Shown here: piece by piece, positions 1-10,580 of the stretch
Numbering within the stretch: the stretch's first letter is position 1
How the letters are laid out: every line of letters starts with the position of its first letter
Source of the DNA: a virus
Virus record (IMG/VR): IMGVR_UViG_3300031857_000038
Location: 54,794-118,793 of that record
Direction: 5' to 3' (one strand)
Length of the DNA stretch: 64,000 nt
Made by a program: the position numbers and the translations under genes
The notes under the pieces: generated by a model
The model's input: only the letters and a program-made list of their open reading frames with translations
Told to the model about the DNA's origin: nothing
The model's database searches: none

Positions 1-2
1 TT

Positions 3-716
3 GATGAAGAGCCTATGCCCTGGCTTGAGCTTAACATCAATAGCAATCTTGGTACTAAGAATATTCTTATCGACCGCTTAGCTAAAAAGGTTCGTAAGCT
101 ACAAGACGAAGGCAAAATCAGAACATTCAAATTGTTCACAAGCATGGACACCTGGGGCGAACGTGCAGAGTATATTCGCACAGGTCTTGAACTAGACTTA
201 TGGGAAAAGAATTTTCACACTTACTTGTCAGTCAGCGGTGCCCCCATCACATTCATGATCACATTCAATATCTTCTCAGTGACAAGCTTCAAGAGCTTAC
301 TGGAAAAGTTCTTAGAGTGGCGCAAGCAATACGGCTGGGACGAAGAACGCAAGCAACATATCATTCGCTTCGACACTCCATATCTACGTGAGCCTATTCA
401 GTATGATATGAACATTCTTCCTAAAGAAGAATTTATGCCCTATATGCACGATGCATTAAAGTTTATGGAAGACAATCTTGATGACACTCGGGCTGATGCA
501 TTCAGCACAATTGAATATGAAAAGTTCAAGAGAGTTGTTGACTATATGGCAGAAACAGTGTATAGTGAAGACAAGCTAATTGAAGGTCGCAGAGACTTCT
601 ATAATTGGTTTAATGAATTGGATGATCGTCGTGAGAATGATTTGTTGACTGTCTTCCCAGAAATGATGGATTTTTATAAATTATGTCAACAAGTAAATTT
701 GACGAACCCTCTCTGA
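3..716 (+). CDS. Radical SAM protein, C-terminal part (5' truncated by the window edge)
   Basis: Frame is open from position 3; INSNLG, SMDTWGERAEYIRTG and D-x-RR...FPE motifs are shared with the two downstream twitch radical SAM paralogs. Confidence 0.8.
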   Translation, partial: DEEPMPWLELNINSNLGTKNILIDRLAKKVRKLQDEGKIRTFKLFTSMDTWGERAEYIRTGLELDLWEKNFHTYLSVSGAPITFMITFNIFSVTSFKSLLEKFLEWRKQYGWDEERKQHIIRFDTPYLREPIQYDMNILPKEEFMPYMHDALKFMEDNLDDTRADAFSTIEYEKFKRVVDYMAETVYSEDKLIEGRRDFYNWFNELDDRRENDLLTVFPEMMDFYKLCQQVNLTNPL

Positions 717-943
717 GAACTAGAAAATGGGAGTGCATTGGTATTGATGGGCCTAGTCAAAATGCCATATATAATATTCGTGCGCAAGAAATTAGAGATT
801 GGATCAAAGAACAACCTACAGACATGTGGGCGCAGTATGGTATAGATGAGATTTACGAGGGTAAACCTATATCTGCAATGTTTGGGCAGAACTATGTCTT
901 TACAGAAGAAATGGAGGCGTGGTTCACGTTAAGATGGGTATGA
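683..943 (+). CDS. Small phage protein of the C-terminal F-x-L-R-W family
   Basis: Ends AWFTLRWV; stop overlaps the next start (ATGA). Confidence 0.6.
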   Translation: MSTSKFDEPSLRTRKWECIGIDGPSQNAIYNIRAQEIRDWIKEQPTDMWAQYGIDEIYEGKPISAMFGQNYVFTEEMEAWFTLRWV

Positions 944-2169
944 ACAAAGACTTTCTATTAAACGATAGCAAAACGTTTTGCATGTTCCCTTGGGTGCATC
1001 TCAATGCCACTCCTAAGGGAGATGTATATCCCTGCTGTAGCAATGACTACACAGACCCGGTTGGCAACACTAAAGATAACACACTGGAAGAAATCTTTAA
1101 CAGCCCTAAGATGAAAGAACTTCGGGTTGATATGCTTAATGAGAAGAAGAATAAGATTTGTGATTTCTGTTATAAGCATGAAGAAGCTGGCCCATATAGT
1201 TTCAGAAACTATAGCAAAGAACACTTTGGCAAATACTTTGATGAGATTGTTCCCTCTACGCAAGAAGACGGAACAGTAGACGAATTTAAAATGCGTTACT
1301 TTGATATTCGTTTCTCTAACATCTGTAACTTTAAGTGCAGAACATGTGGCTCAGAGTTTAGCTCTAAGTGGGGCGAAGAAATGAAAAAGAACTACGACCC
1401 TAATCATCCTGTATTAATTCACGTTGATGACAATAAGGGTACAGTTCTTGATGAAGTGCTAGAACATATTGAACATATCGACCTTGCATACTTTGCGGGT
1501 GGTGAACCATTAATCACCGAAGAGCATTATACTATGCTTGAAGCAATGATTCGTAAGGGTCGCACTGACATTACTCTACGTTATAACACTAACGCAAGTA
1601 ATATTAAGTATAAAAAACATGACGTACTTGATTTATGGAAGCACTTTAAAAAGATTGAATTAAGCTGTAGTATTGACCATTACGGCGAACGTGCTGAGTA
1701 TATGCGTAAAGGCACAGATTGGGGAGTTGTAGAGAGCAATCTACTAACATTCCGTGATTTGGACTATGTTAGTTTCCAATTGAATACGGTTTTCAGCATC
1801 TACAACTATCTCACTATAGGAGACTTTTATCAATATCTTAAGGATAAGAACATCGTAAGAACAGAAGACTGGTATCATTCGCTCTATCTTGCCGTACATC
1901 CTAATTATTATTGTGCTAAAAGTCTCCCTAAGGAATTAAAAACAGTAGCAGGCGAAAAAGCAATGGCATGGGCTAACGCTAACATGGATGACAAGACTTG
2001 TGTGCCTAGACTCGTAGTAGATGCAGTGAACTTTGCTAACGATACGGATCAGTGGGGTGAAGTCAGAGATAAGTTCTTGATGCACACTAGGTCAGTTGAC
2101 AGAATTAGAGGCGAAAACTTCTGGGAGACATTCCCCGAATTAAATAGATTGCAGGACTTAATGGAATGA
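940..2169 (+). CDS. Radical SAM protein with N-terminal SPASM/twitch-like Fe-S domain
   Basis: CNFKCRTC motif, FAGGEP, YNTN; N-terminal CMFPW...GDVYPCC...CDFC; ATG at 940 overlaps the upstream stop. Confidence 0.9.
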   Translation: MNKDFLLNDSKTFCMFPWVHLNATPKGDVYPCCSNDYTDPVGNTKDNTLEEIFNSPKMKELRVDMLNEKKNKICDFCYKHEEAGPYSFRNYSKEHFGKYFDEIVPSTQEDGTVDEFKMRYFDIRFSNICNFKCRTCGSEFSSKWGEEMKKNYDPNHPVLIHVDDNKGTVLDEVLEHIEHIDLAYFAGGEPLITEEHYTMLEAMIRKGRTDITLRYNTNASNIKYKKHDVLDLWKHFKKIELSCSIDHYGERAEYMRKGTDWGVVESNLLTFRDLDYVSFQLNTVFSIYNYLTIGDFYQYLKDKNIVRTEDWYHSLYLAVHPNYYCAKSLPKELKTVAGEKAMAWANANMDDKTCVPRLVVDAVNFANDTDQWGEVRDKFLMHTRSVDRIRGENFWETFPELNRLQDLME

Positions 2170-3443
2170 TTGATAAAAATAAAGTAGAAAAATTAGTTAC
2201 AGAAGGTAAGCACTTTTGCGTATTACCCTGGGTGCATTTTCATGCATGGCCCGACAAGCGAGTAATGCCTTGCTGCGTTGCTGACAGTAACATGCCAGTA
2301 GCTCAAATTGAGGGCGATCAATCTATTATTGAAATGATGAACAGCGACCGCTATAAGGAAATTCGTGAAGCAATGCTTGACGATATTGAAGTTCCTGAAT
2401 GTAAGCGTTGCTTTGACCTTGAGCTTATGGGTACATGGACTATGCGCCAATCACATAATCGTCGCAGAGGTCTTGACTATGTAAACTATATTGCTGAGAA
2501 CACACAAGAAGACGGCGCCCTCTCAGAGTTTGAAATGAAGTATATGGATATTCGTTTCAGTAATTTATGTAACATGAAGTGCCGCAGTTGTGGCCCAGAC
2601 TGTTCAAGTCAGTGGGCGCAAGAGTTTGTTGACAAGCGCGGTAAAGAAATGTGGGACGAACATTTCCCTAATCGTAAAATAGTCATTAACAATAACGATG
2701 ACCAAAAGTTTATGGTTAAGTTAAAGCCATATCTTGCTGATGTATCTGAAGTATATTTTGCTGGTGGCGAAATCATTATTACGCCAGAGCATTATGAATG
2801 CTTAGATTATTGGATTGAAAATGGTCAAGCAGATACAATTGAATTAAACTATACTACGAATTTCTCAACGCTGCACGGATATAAAGACAAGAACCTACTT
2901 GAGTATTGGAAGAAGTTCAAGAATATTCAAGTGTGGGCTTCATTAGATGCACACGGTGACTTAGCAGAATGTATTCGTAAGGGTACAGACTGGGACAAGA
3001 CTGTTGCTAATATCAAGAAGCTGCGTGAAGAACTACCGCATATTCAGTTTCAGATTACTCCTACTATTAGTATTTGGAATATCTTTAAGTTCCCTGACTT
3101 CTTTGATTATATGGTAGAAAACAAGCTGATTGATTTGACAATTAGTCCTAGATTTAATCTTGCTACAAGCCCCTGGTACGCTAACGTGATGATTCTTCCG
3201 AAACACGTAAAGAACAGACTGATTGAACTGTATAGAGTTTACCAAAACAAATACGGTAAAGACAATATGGATATCTATAATGGCTTCAAGATGATTATCT
3301 ATAATCTAAGCGTCGGCGACGAGAATAAGGGAGGAATCCTAGAGTTCAAGAAATTCAACGATGAGCTAGACGAATTCAGAAAAGAAAAGTTTGAAGACCT
3401 AGTTCCGGAAATTAAGGAAGTGTATGAGTGGGCCGCAAGTTAA
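2166..3443 (+). CDS. Radical SAM protein with N-terminal SPASM/twitch-like domain (paralog)
   Basis: CNMKCRSC, FAGGE, YTTN; CVLPW...PCC...CKRC. Confidence 0.9.
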   Translation: MIDKNKVEKLVTEGKHFCVLPWVHFHAWPDKRVMPCCVADSNMPVAQIEGDQSIIEMMNSDRYKEIREAMLDDIEVPECKRCFDLELMGTWTMRQSHNRRRGLDYVNYIAENTQEDGALSEFEMKYMDIRFSNLCNMKCRSCGPDCSSQWAQEFVDKRGKEMWDEHFPNRKIVINNNDDQKFMVKLKPYLADVSEVYFAGGEIIITPEHYECLDYWIENGQADTIELNYTTNFSTLHGYKDKNLLEYWKKFKNIQVWASLDAHGDLAECIRKGTDWDKTVANIKKLREELPHIQFQITPTISIWNIFKFPDFFDYMVENKLIDLTISPRFNLATSPWYANVMILPKHVKNRLIELYRVYQNKYGKDNMDIYNGFKMIIYNLSVGDENKGGILEFKKFNDELDEFRKEKFEDLVPEIKEVYEWAAS

Positions 3444-4390
3444 TTGCAATTGAAGCTCCAGAACCCTATCTAGCGGTTACATGGCAGGTAAACAATTTTT
3501 GTAACTTTAGTTGCAGTTATTGTAATCCTGGCAACTGGGCTGGGGCTAATCCCAACAACGGCAATCTTGATATCTACTTAAATAACTTGCGTATCATTAT
3601 CAACAAGTATGAAGATGCAGGCTATAAACACTTTAAGTTCTTTTTCAGCGGCGGCGAACCAACAGCATGGCGCAACTTTATTCCTATCTGTGAGTTTCTA
3701 CGAGCAGAAACAGAATGTACTATCGCAGTCAACACTAATCTATCACGCCCGCTAGCATGGTGGGAAAAGCATCACCATTTGTTTGATGATATCGTAGCAT
3801 CTTTTCACGTTGAACAAGCGAAGAAAGACCGCTACATTGAGAATTCATTGTACCTATGCGATAAGGTTAACTACATATCAAGTAAGATGCTAATGCATGA
3901 TGAACGCTTTTGGGAAGTAGTTGAGTTTGGTAATAGTCTAAAAGAAATACTACCTAATTACTTCATTGAATGGACTCCTTTATACGATGAGTTAAGTCAC
4001 GTTACTGGCCCATGGAAGTATAACGACCCTGCTAAAGAAGAATTCTTTAAGACGCATACTATTGAAATGCAACAGACCATTCCAAAGCCCAATAAAAGAG
4101 CAGAGACAAGCAGTTATAATAGATATAGTGACGGCACCACTAGCTCGTGTAATGCTAATGAATTGATTGTTAACAATCAGAATTACTTTAGCGGCTGGCA
4201 ATGTAGCGTCGGTGACTGCATCTTTATTAATCCTATAGGTGAAGTTAGTTTAGCAAGCTGCGGATTAGGTGGAAACATTGGACATATATTAGACGATATC
4301 AGTAAAGTAGGTCCAAAGAAAATCATGTGCTACAAAGAAATGTGCATGTGCGGTACTGATATTATCATTCCAAAAATTAAGGTAAACTGA
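3428..4390 (+). CDS. Radical SAM protein with C-terminal Cys-rich twitch domain
   Basis: CNFSCSYC, FSGGEPT, VNTN; C-terminal CSVG...ASCG...C-x3-C-x-C. Confidence 0.88.
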   Translation: MGRKLIAIEAPEPYLAVTWQVNNFCNFSCSYCNPGNWAGANPNNGNLDIYLNNLRIIINKYEDAGYKHFKFFFSGGEPTAWRNFIPICEFLRAETECTIAVNTNLSRPLAWWEKHHHLFDDIVASFHVEQAKKDRYIENSLYLCDKVNYISSKMLMHDERFWEVVEFGNSLKEILPNYFIEWTPLYDELSHVTGPWKYNDPAKEEFFKTHTIEMQQTIPKPNKRAETSSYNRYSDGTTSSCNANELIVNNQNYFSGWQCSVGDCIFINPIGEVSLASCGLGGNIGHILDDISKVGPKKIMCYKEMCMCGTDIIIPKIKVN

Positions 4391-5721
4391 TGGATAAAAC
4401 TAAAGTAGTATATAGTTGGATTGGCCCAAGAGGACCTATTTGGAATACTGAGTTACCCAATATATTGTCCCTCACTTGCGTATCGTTTAATGCTCAAGTT
4501 GACTCAAGGTTCTTTGGAGCAGATGACACGTGGCTAATGTTTTTCTCTCAGGCTACGGATCAATATGAAATGTACCCATCAGTAAATATTGAACGTGATG
4601 ATGAAAGACATTTTGTAATACCCTTTTCTTTAGTTTGGCGTACTGGATTTGAAAACTACTTCGTAGGTAGAACAGGTATATTGGAATATAGTCATGTTGA
4701 CGTTAAGCTGATTAACTTAGTCAGACAAAAAAATGGATATATCTTTATTGATTACAGTGTAGAAGCATTTGTTGAACCTAGACATTTAAACGCATTGCAC
4801 TCTTATTTTAGACACATACACGGTATCCCGCTACACAAGATTATATATCTTACTGGGGCAATCAACGCTAAACAAGTATACGAAGCTTATTGCACACGAA
4901 ATAATATACCTGATGATCCAGCTGAAAGGCTGACAATCATTCCATATGCTGCTAGTGAACATCTCTTTCTTAGAAATGCGGAAGAATGTTCTAACGAACC
5001 AGAGTATAATACTGAGATTGTTCCTGAAAAATTACTGCTGATGTGGAATCGCAGATATAGACCACATAGGGTGCAACTAGTAGCATTGCTAGAAAAAAAT
5101 AATCTAATTGACAGAAGCTATGTCAGTTTCCCCAACTGTCATGTTGAAACACCTACCATCACGTTCAGAGAAGAAGTTGAGCATATGGATTTGATTTATC
5201 AATTTGCACATATGGGCTTGAAACAAGAACATGTTGACACTCTAGCTAGTAAGTTGCCATTAGTACTAGATGACGAACAAAACATTGTGCAAATGTGCAG
5301 CGATGAAGGCAACGTCAGCCGACCTTACTATCAAAATAGTTTAATCAGTCTAGTAACTGAAACTAATTTCAATAGCAATGAAGTTACCCTTACTGAGAAA
5401 AGCTTCAAGCCATTAAAAGAAAAGCATCCGTTTATTTTAGTTGGTGCACCTGGCTGCTTGCAGGGTCTCAGAGACTTAGGCTATCAAACGTTCGGTGAGT
5501 TTTGGGATGAGAGCTATGATGATATTCTTGAACCAATTCCCAGAATGCGTAAGATTGATGAAGTACTACAAAGCATTGGTGAGTGGGATAATAATCAGAT
5601 ATTAGACTTCAAGCGTAGAGTAAAACCTATCATAGAACACAATTATCAGTTATTAAAGAATAGCTCAAGACACGACATAATGACAAAAATCAATAACGTC
5701 ATCAGAGGAAACAATGCGTAA
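4390..5721 (+). CDS. Putative GT-B glycosyltransferase-like protein (paralog 1 of 4)
   Basis: NRR..HR and SLVTETNF...LTEKSFKP..KHPF..VG...L..LGYQTF..FWDESYD, reminiscent of the GT10 E-N/T...TEK motif. Confidence 0.6.
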   Translation: MDKTKVVYSWIGPRGPIWNTELPNILSLTCVSFNAQVDSRFFGADDTWLMFFSQATDQYEMYPSVNIERDDERHFVIPFSLVWRTGFENYFVGRTGILEYSHVDVKLINLVRQKNGYIFIDYSVEAFVEPRHLNALHSYFRHIHGIPLHKIIYLTGAINAKQVYEAYCTRNNIPDDPAERLTIIPYAASEHLFLRNAEECSNEPEYNTEIVPEKLLLMWNRRYRPHRVQLVALLEKNNLIDRSYVSFPNCHVETPTITFREEVEHMDLIYQFAHMGLKQEHVDTLASKLPLVLDDEQNIVQMCSDEGNVSRPYYQNSLISLVTETNFNSNEVTLTEKSFKPLKEKHPFILVGAPGCLQGLRDLGYQTFGEFWDESYDDILEPIPRMRKIDEVLQSIGEWDNNQILDFKRRVKPIIEHNYQLLKNSSRHDIMTKINNVIRGNNA

Positions 5722-6697
5722 GACAATATTAGTTTGTGGAGCCGGCGGCTTTATTGGAAATTACTTAGTAGACAGTTTAAAAAGTCAAGGACATTATGTT
5801 GTTGGCACTGACTTAAAGAAGCCAGTATATAACGAAACTTCAGCGGATGAATTCTATATTAAAGATTTGAGAGACAAGGATAGCGTAGACTATCTATTGT
5901 ACCTGCACAATTATGACGAAGTATATCAGTTAGCAGCAGATATGGGCGGCGCCGGATATATCTTTACTGGCGAACATGATGCCGATATCATGCACAACTC
6001 AGTTACTATCAATTTGAATGTACTACGAGCAATGATTAAATCAGGCTGCAAGAAAGTATTCTATAGCTCAAGCGCATGTATGTATCCAGAGCATAATCAA
6101 CTTGACCCAGACAACCCTGTACTAAGTGAAGACAGCGCATACCCTGCTAACCCTGATAGTGAGTACGGTTGGGAGAAACTATTCAGCGAACGACTATACA
6201 TGACTTATGCTAAGAACTATGGCATAGATGTTCGTATCGCACGTTTTCATAATATATTCGGCCCTAATGGAAGCTGGGACAACGGCAAAGAAAAAGCGCC
6301 AGCCGCACTGTGTAGAAAAGTGGCACTTGCTGATGACAACGGTGAAGTAGAGATTTGGGGCCCGGGTAATCAGACACGAAGCTTTCTATACATTGATGAG
6401 TGTATAGAAGGTATTCATCGTATTATGAATAGTAACTATAATAAGCCAATTAATTTGGGTAGTGAACGAATGATTTCTATTAATGACCTCGTATTATTAA
6501 TTGCTAGCCTGACTAATAAGAAAGTCACTATTAAGAATATTCCAGGACCAATGGGAGTTATGGGTAGACGAAGTGACAATGCCTTAATTAAGAATGTCAC
6601 TGACTGGAAGCCTGACGAAGATTTAGAAACTGGATTGATTAAGACTTATCGCTGGATTAACGAACAGATTATGTTAGGTAAAAAGGACGATGAGTAA
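5714..6697 (+). CDS. NAD-dependent nucleotide-sugar epimerase (GDP-mannose 3,5-epimerase-like)
   Basis: GAGGFIG, LAADMGGAGYI, SSACMY, YGWEK, EKAPAALCRK. Confidence 0.88.
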   Translation: MRKTILVCGAGGFIGNYLVDSLKSQGHYVVGTDLKKPVYNETSADEFYIKDLRDKDSVDYLLYLHNYDEVYQLAADMGGAGYIFTGEHDADIMHNSVTINLNVLRAMIKSGCKKVFYSSSACMYPEHNQLDPDNPVLSEDSAYPANPDSEYGWEKLFSERLYMTYAKNYGIDVRIARFHNIFGPNGSWDNGKEKAPAALCRKVALADDNGEVEIWGPGNQTRSFLYIDECIEGIHRIMNSNYNKPINLGSERMISINDLVLLIASLTNKKVTIKNIPGPMGVMGRRSDNALIKNVTDWKPDEDLETGLIKTYRWINEQIMLGKKDDE

Positions 6698-7559
6698 CAA
6701 GTATATCATTGGTCTAGGCTGTAGCTGGACGCAAGGCGAAGGCGGCTACCCTGAGCATATTTGGGAACAGTATAATGGTCGCCCTCAGATTAGTTTGCGC
6801 GGACAATGCGACTATCATATACGACATTATGAACACGAGAACAGTTGGGTAAACGTATTATGCCGCGACCACTTTCCTGACTACACGCCCATTAATTTAG
6901 GCGTTAAGGGTATTGGCAATCGTGCTGCTATTGAGCAATTATATTTCTGTGATAGAGTAGACTTTGATAATAGTGAAGTCATTATAGTATTAATGCTTAG
7001 TGGCTTTGAGAGACTAGACTTACCCGCTACATTTAGCGACGGTGATCAACTAGACGATGGATATAGTAACGGAGATTATCGTCACTATAAATGGAATACA
7101 GCATGGCCCCACGATTCTGCAAATCTGTTTTGGAAAGCATATGCTAAAGAACTATACTCAGAAAAATTCGTTGCTACTGGGCAGTTGTTAGCGTTGTTAC
7201 ATTTGCAAGATTTCTGCAAAGCACATAACATTAAACTAGTTGTTGCCAATGCGTTTAATCAACGTAATCAAGGCATACTTGAATATCTGAAAGAAGAAAC
7301 TACTTCACTGTTTGACAAGTTCGATTGGGAATGCTATCTACACAATACTACAGACTATGTTGCATTCGTAGAGAAATTAGTTGAGCTAGACGGTGTCATA
7401 CCAAAAGAACAATGGCAAGGCTTTCATCAAGCATATTTTAATAGAACATGGCCAGCAAAATATCTTACAAATTGTGAGGGCGCACACCCTACTATCGACG
7501 GTTACAAAGTAATTGCAGACGAGCTTGCAAAGTTCATTAAATATAAGAACTATGCATAA
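6690..7559 (+). CDS. SGNH/GDSL-fold protein (paralog 1 of 4)
   Basis: GCSWT block I, NLGVKGIGN block II, C-terminal GAHPT..GY..IA. Confidence 0.65.
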   Translation: MSNKYIIGLGCSWTQGEGGYPEHIWEQYNGRPQISLRGQCDYHIRHYEHENSWVNVLCRDHFPDYTPINLGVKGIGNRAAIEQLYFCDRVDFDNSEVIIVLMLSGFERLDLPATFSDGDQLDDGYSNGDYRHYKWNTAWPHDSANLFWKAYAKELYSEKFVATGQLLALLHLQDFCKAHNIKLVVANAFNQRNQGILEYLKEETTSLFDKFDWECYLHNTTDYVAFVEKLVELDGVIPKEQWQGFHQAYFNRTWPAKYLTNCEGAHPTIDGYKVIADELAKFIKYKNYA

Positions 7560-9483
7560 GAGAAAAATAAGCTTCGTAAATCCTAATTTTAATCAGGGTC
7601 CTAAGGAATTTAATGCCTATTATTTACCTTATACTTCCGCAGTGCTGTGGGCATACGCTAGTCAATTTGAACATATCAGTACTCACATTGAATTGGGTGA
7701 GTTTATTTGGCATAGAGAACCTATTGAAGACGTAGTTGAAAGATTAAAAGACCACGATATTGTTGCTCTATCAACATATATTTGGAATAGAAACTATAAT
7801 CACGTATTGGGTCGGGCACTTAAACTAGCCAATCCAGACATACTGATACTCAGTGGTGGCCCAGAGCCTCCCATTACTAATCCTAAATTCTTTGAGCTAT
7901 TCCCTTATATTGATATCTGTTCTATTCAAGAAGGTGAGAAATCTTTAAAAGCTATTCTAGAGCATTATCTTGATGGCAACACTGACTATACAGATATCAA
8001 GGGATTGTTAATCAATGTCGATGGTAAAGCAGTCAACACGGGCAATCCAGATCGTATTAGTGACCTTGATACTATCCCCAGCCCATATCTCGTTGGCATG
8101 TTTGACCACTTGTTTGAGAAGCATCCTGAAGTACGATGGAACGTTACATTAGAAACTAATCGCGGCTGTCCATATATGTGTACCTTCTGTGACTGGGGAA
8201 GCCTCACATATAGCAAAGTCAAGAAGTTTGATGAGACACGAGTATATAAAGAGCTTGAGTGGATTGGACAAAAGGGCTGCGACTTTGTAAGTATCACTGA
8301 TGCAAACTTCGGTATCTTCCCTGAGCGTGATATGGCTATCGCCCGCAAGCTTGTCGAAGTGCAGCAGCAATATAATAATCCAAAAGCGTACACAATATCT
8401 TGGGCAAAGAATCAAAAGAAAGAAGTAGTTGACATTGTTAAGATGTTGATATATGAAGGCGGTAGTAAGATTGGGCTTAATCTCTCAGTGCAGAGTATGG
8501 ACGAGCATACATTAGAGGTCATCAAGCGTAAGAATCTTGACACTAATAAGATTGAAGAAGTCTTTGATATGTGTGAAGAAAACAATATTCCATTGTACAC
8601 TGAGTTGATTCTTGGCTTGCCCGGCGAAACACTGGATACGTGGAAAGAGAATTTCTATAGACTGTACAAGGCTGGTAACCACACTGGCATCACTGTCTAT
8701 CAGGCACAGTTGCTTGAGAATGCTGAAATGAACTTGACCCAGCGTGAAAAATATCAACTAAAGGGCCAAATCGTATATGACTACTTGGTAGGAACATATA
8801 ACGAGCATGAAGTTCGTGAGGGTATCGAAGTTGTTACTTCAACTATTGATTTACCTATAGAAAAGATGAACGAAGCGCAAGTATTCAGTTGGTTTCAAAA
8901 CACATTTCACATTAATGGTATCACTAATTACATTAGTCGTGTACTATGCAAAAAATATGGCATTGAGTATAGCCAGTTCTATACTGACTTACTTGAATAT
9001 ATTAAAACAGATGAGTGGCTCAACAGCGAACTCGAACGTATCAGTGAGCATTATGCAAATTGGAATACTGAGGGTGCGATTGACCATGTTCCTATTCAGG
9101 GAATTGAGATACATGGCTGGAACTTGATACATAGCACTATCATTAATTTAGCTAACCTAGATATGCACGACCATGTATTCAATGTGCTTGAAGAATTCTT
9201 AAAGACTACCTATGAATTCTTACCCGAATCATTACTAAATGATTTAATGACAGTGCAAAGAAACTATCTAATCAAGTATAATGGCATACAATCATATCCT
9301 AGACTGGTAGAACTTAAACACGATATCTTTGGCTACGTACAGAATATGACTGAGTTAGACAGTGCTGCAACATATCACTTCGACTTCCCTGAGGATACTA
9401 ATATGTCACTGCAACAATTCTGTGAGCAAATATTCTTTGCACGTAGACGTAACTTTGGCAAAGCGTGGGTGACTAAATTATGA
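7552..9483 (+). CDS. B12-binding radical SAM protein (class B methyltransferase-like)
   Basis: N-terminal B12-domain signatures (LSTYIWN, GGPEP, EGE); ETNRGCPYMCTFC; DANFG; ELILGLPGET. Confidence 0.88.
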   Translation: MHKRKISFVNPNFNQGPKEFNAYYLPYTSAVLWAYASQFEHISTHIELGEFIWHREPIEDVVERLKDHDIVALSTYIWNRNYNHVLGRALKLANPDILILSGGPEPPITNPKFFELFPYIDICSIQEGEKSLKAILEHYLDGNTDYTDIKGLLINVDGKAVNTGNPDRISDLDTIPSPYLVGMFDHLFEKHPEVRWNVTLETNRGCPYMCTFCDWGSLTYSKVKKFDETRVYKELEWIGQKGCDFVSITDANFGIFPERDMAIARKLVEVQQQYNNPKAYTISWAKNQKKEVVDIVKMLIYEGGSKIGLNLSVQSMDEHTLEVIKRKNLDTNKIEEVFDMCEENNIPLYTELILGLPGETLDTWKENFYRLYKAGNHTGITVYQAQLLENAEMNLTQREKYQLKGQIVYDYLVGTYNEHEVREGIEVVTSTIDLPIEKMNEAQVFSWFQNTFHINGITNYISRVLCKKYGIEYSQFYTDLLEYIKTDEWLNSELERISEHYANWNTEGAIDHVPIQGIEIHGWNLIHSTIINLANLDMHDHVFNVLEEFLKTTYEFLPESLLNDLMTVQRNYLIKYNGIQSYPRLVELKHDIFGYVQNMTELDSAATYHFDFPEDTNMSLQQFCEQIFFARRRNFGKAWVTKL

Positions 9484-10580
9484 TTGTAAATCAAGACAAC
9501 ATATTATATTATGGTAATGCAGGCCCAGAGCCAAGACCCGACTCATCGCTTTTTATGCTTCGCAGCTTCGCAGACAAGGATTATTGGTACATTGATTTCT
9601 TTCATGGCTGGCATCTAGCAGAAGCTACGAAGAATATTCCAGATGATGCATTGAACAGAATTCGTGCAGGTGAAGTGACACTGTTGTTTAACAATAGTCA
9701 CGAAGCATATCATGATGTAGTGGAATATATCTATCTTTACTTTGTAGATGGGCTAGCTATTCCAGCAGAACATATCACGTTATTGAGCGAGAGCGCCATC
9801 ATTGATGAAGAAGTCAAGTTAATAGCAGCAAAGTATAATACTACTGAAATTAAAACTGAGTGGCTTAGAATATTTGAACACAATATTCATACAGTAAATC
9901 ACGCTCCGCTTAATACGTTAGAGAATAAAACATATACTAAGAAGTTCTTGAGCTTGAACCGTCGCTGGCGTGTGCATAGACCATTGTTTGTTGCTATGCT
10001 TAAAGTGAACAATATTATTGAGCAAGGCTATGTAAGTATGGCTCCTGCTGATGACGGACAAGACTGGGAACGTATTTGGGAGAGAATCACGTATCACGAA
10101 CCCGATCTCAGTGAACACAAAGATGAGATTGTCAACATGCCTGCACTCTATCTAGATACATATGACATGCATATCAATCAGGTTAATCTAACAGAGAGCA
10201 CCGATCAATATTATTTGGATACATATTTCAGTATTGTGTCTGAGACAAATTTCTATCAAGAGTATGGCCCTGGATTGTTTCTCAGTGAGAAAGTGTTTAA
10301 GCCTGTCAGTAAGAAGCATCCTTTTCTAGTATTGGGCAGACCGCATACATTAAAGAAGTTCAATGAGATTGGCTATCGCAGCTTTAGCGATATCATTGAT
10401 GAGAGCTACGACAATGAGACAGACGACCGCAAAAGAATGCAAATGGTCGTAGAAGAAACAAAACGTTTAGCTAATCTATCTGACAGTGAGCTAACTATAT
10501 TCTTAGCTAAGGCTAAAGAAATTACCGAATATAACTTTGATGTATTGATGAATAAAAAAGAGTTTATTACAAAATTATGA
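9480..10580 (+). CDS. Putative GT-B glycosyltransferase-like protein (paralog 2)
   Basis: KKFLSLNRRWRVHR; FSIVSETNF...LSEKVFKP..KHPF...IDESYD. Confidence 0.6.
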   Translation: MIVNQDNILYYGNAGPEPRPDSSLFMLRSFADKDYWYIDFFHGWHLAEATKNIPDDALNRIRAGEVTLLFNNSHEAYHDVVEYIYLYFVDGLAIPAEHITLLSESAIIDEEVKLIAAKYNTTEIKTEWLRIFEHNIHTVNHAPLNTLENKTYTKKFLSLNRRWRVHRPLFVAMLKVNNIIEQGYVSMAPADDGQDWERIWERITYHEPDLSEHKDEIVNMPALYLDTYDMHINQVNLTESTDQYYLDTYFSIVSETNFYQEYGPGLFLSEKVFKPVSKKHPFLVLGRPHTLKKFNEIGYRSFSDIIDESYDNETDDRKRMQMVVEETKRLANLSDSELTIFLAKAKEITEYNFDVLMNKKEFITKL

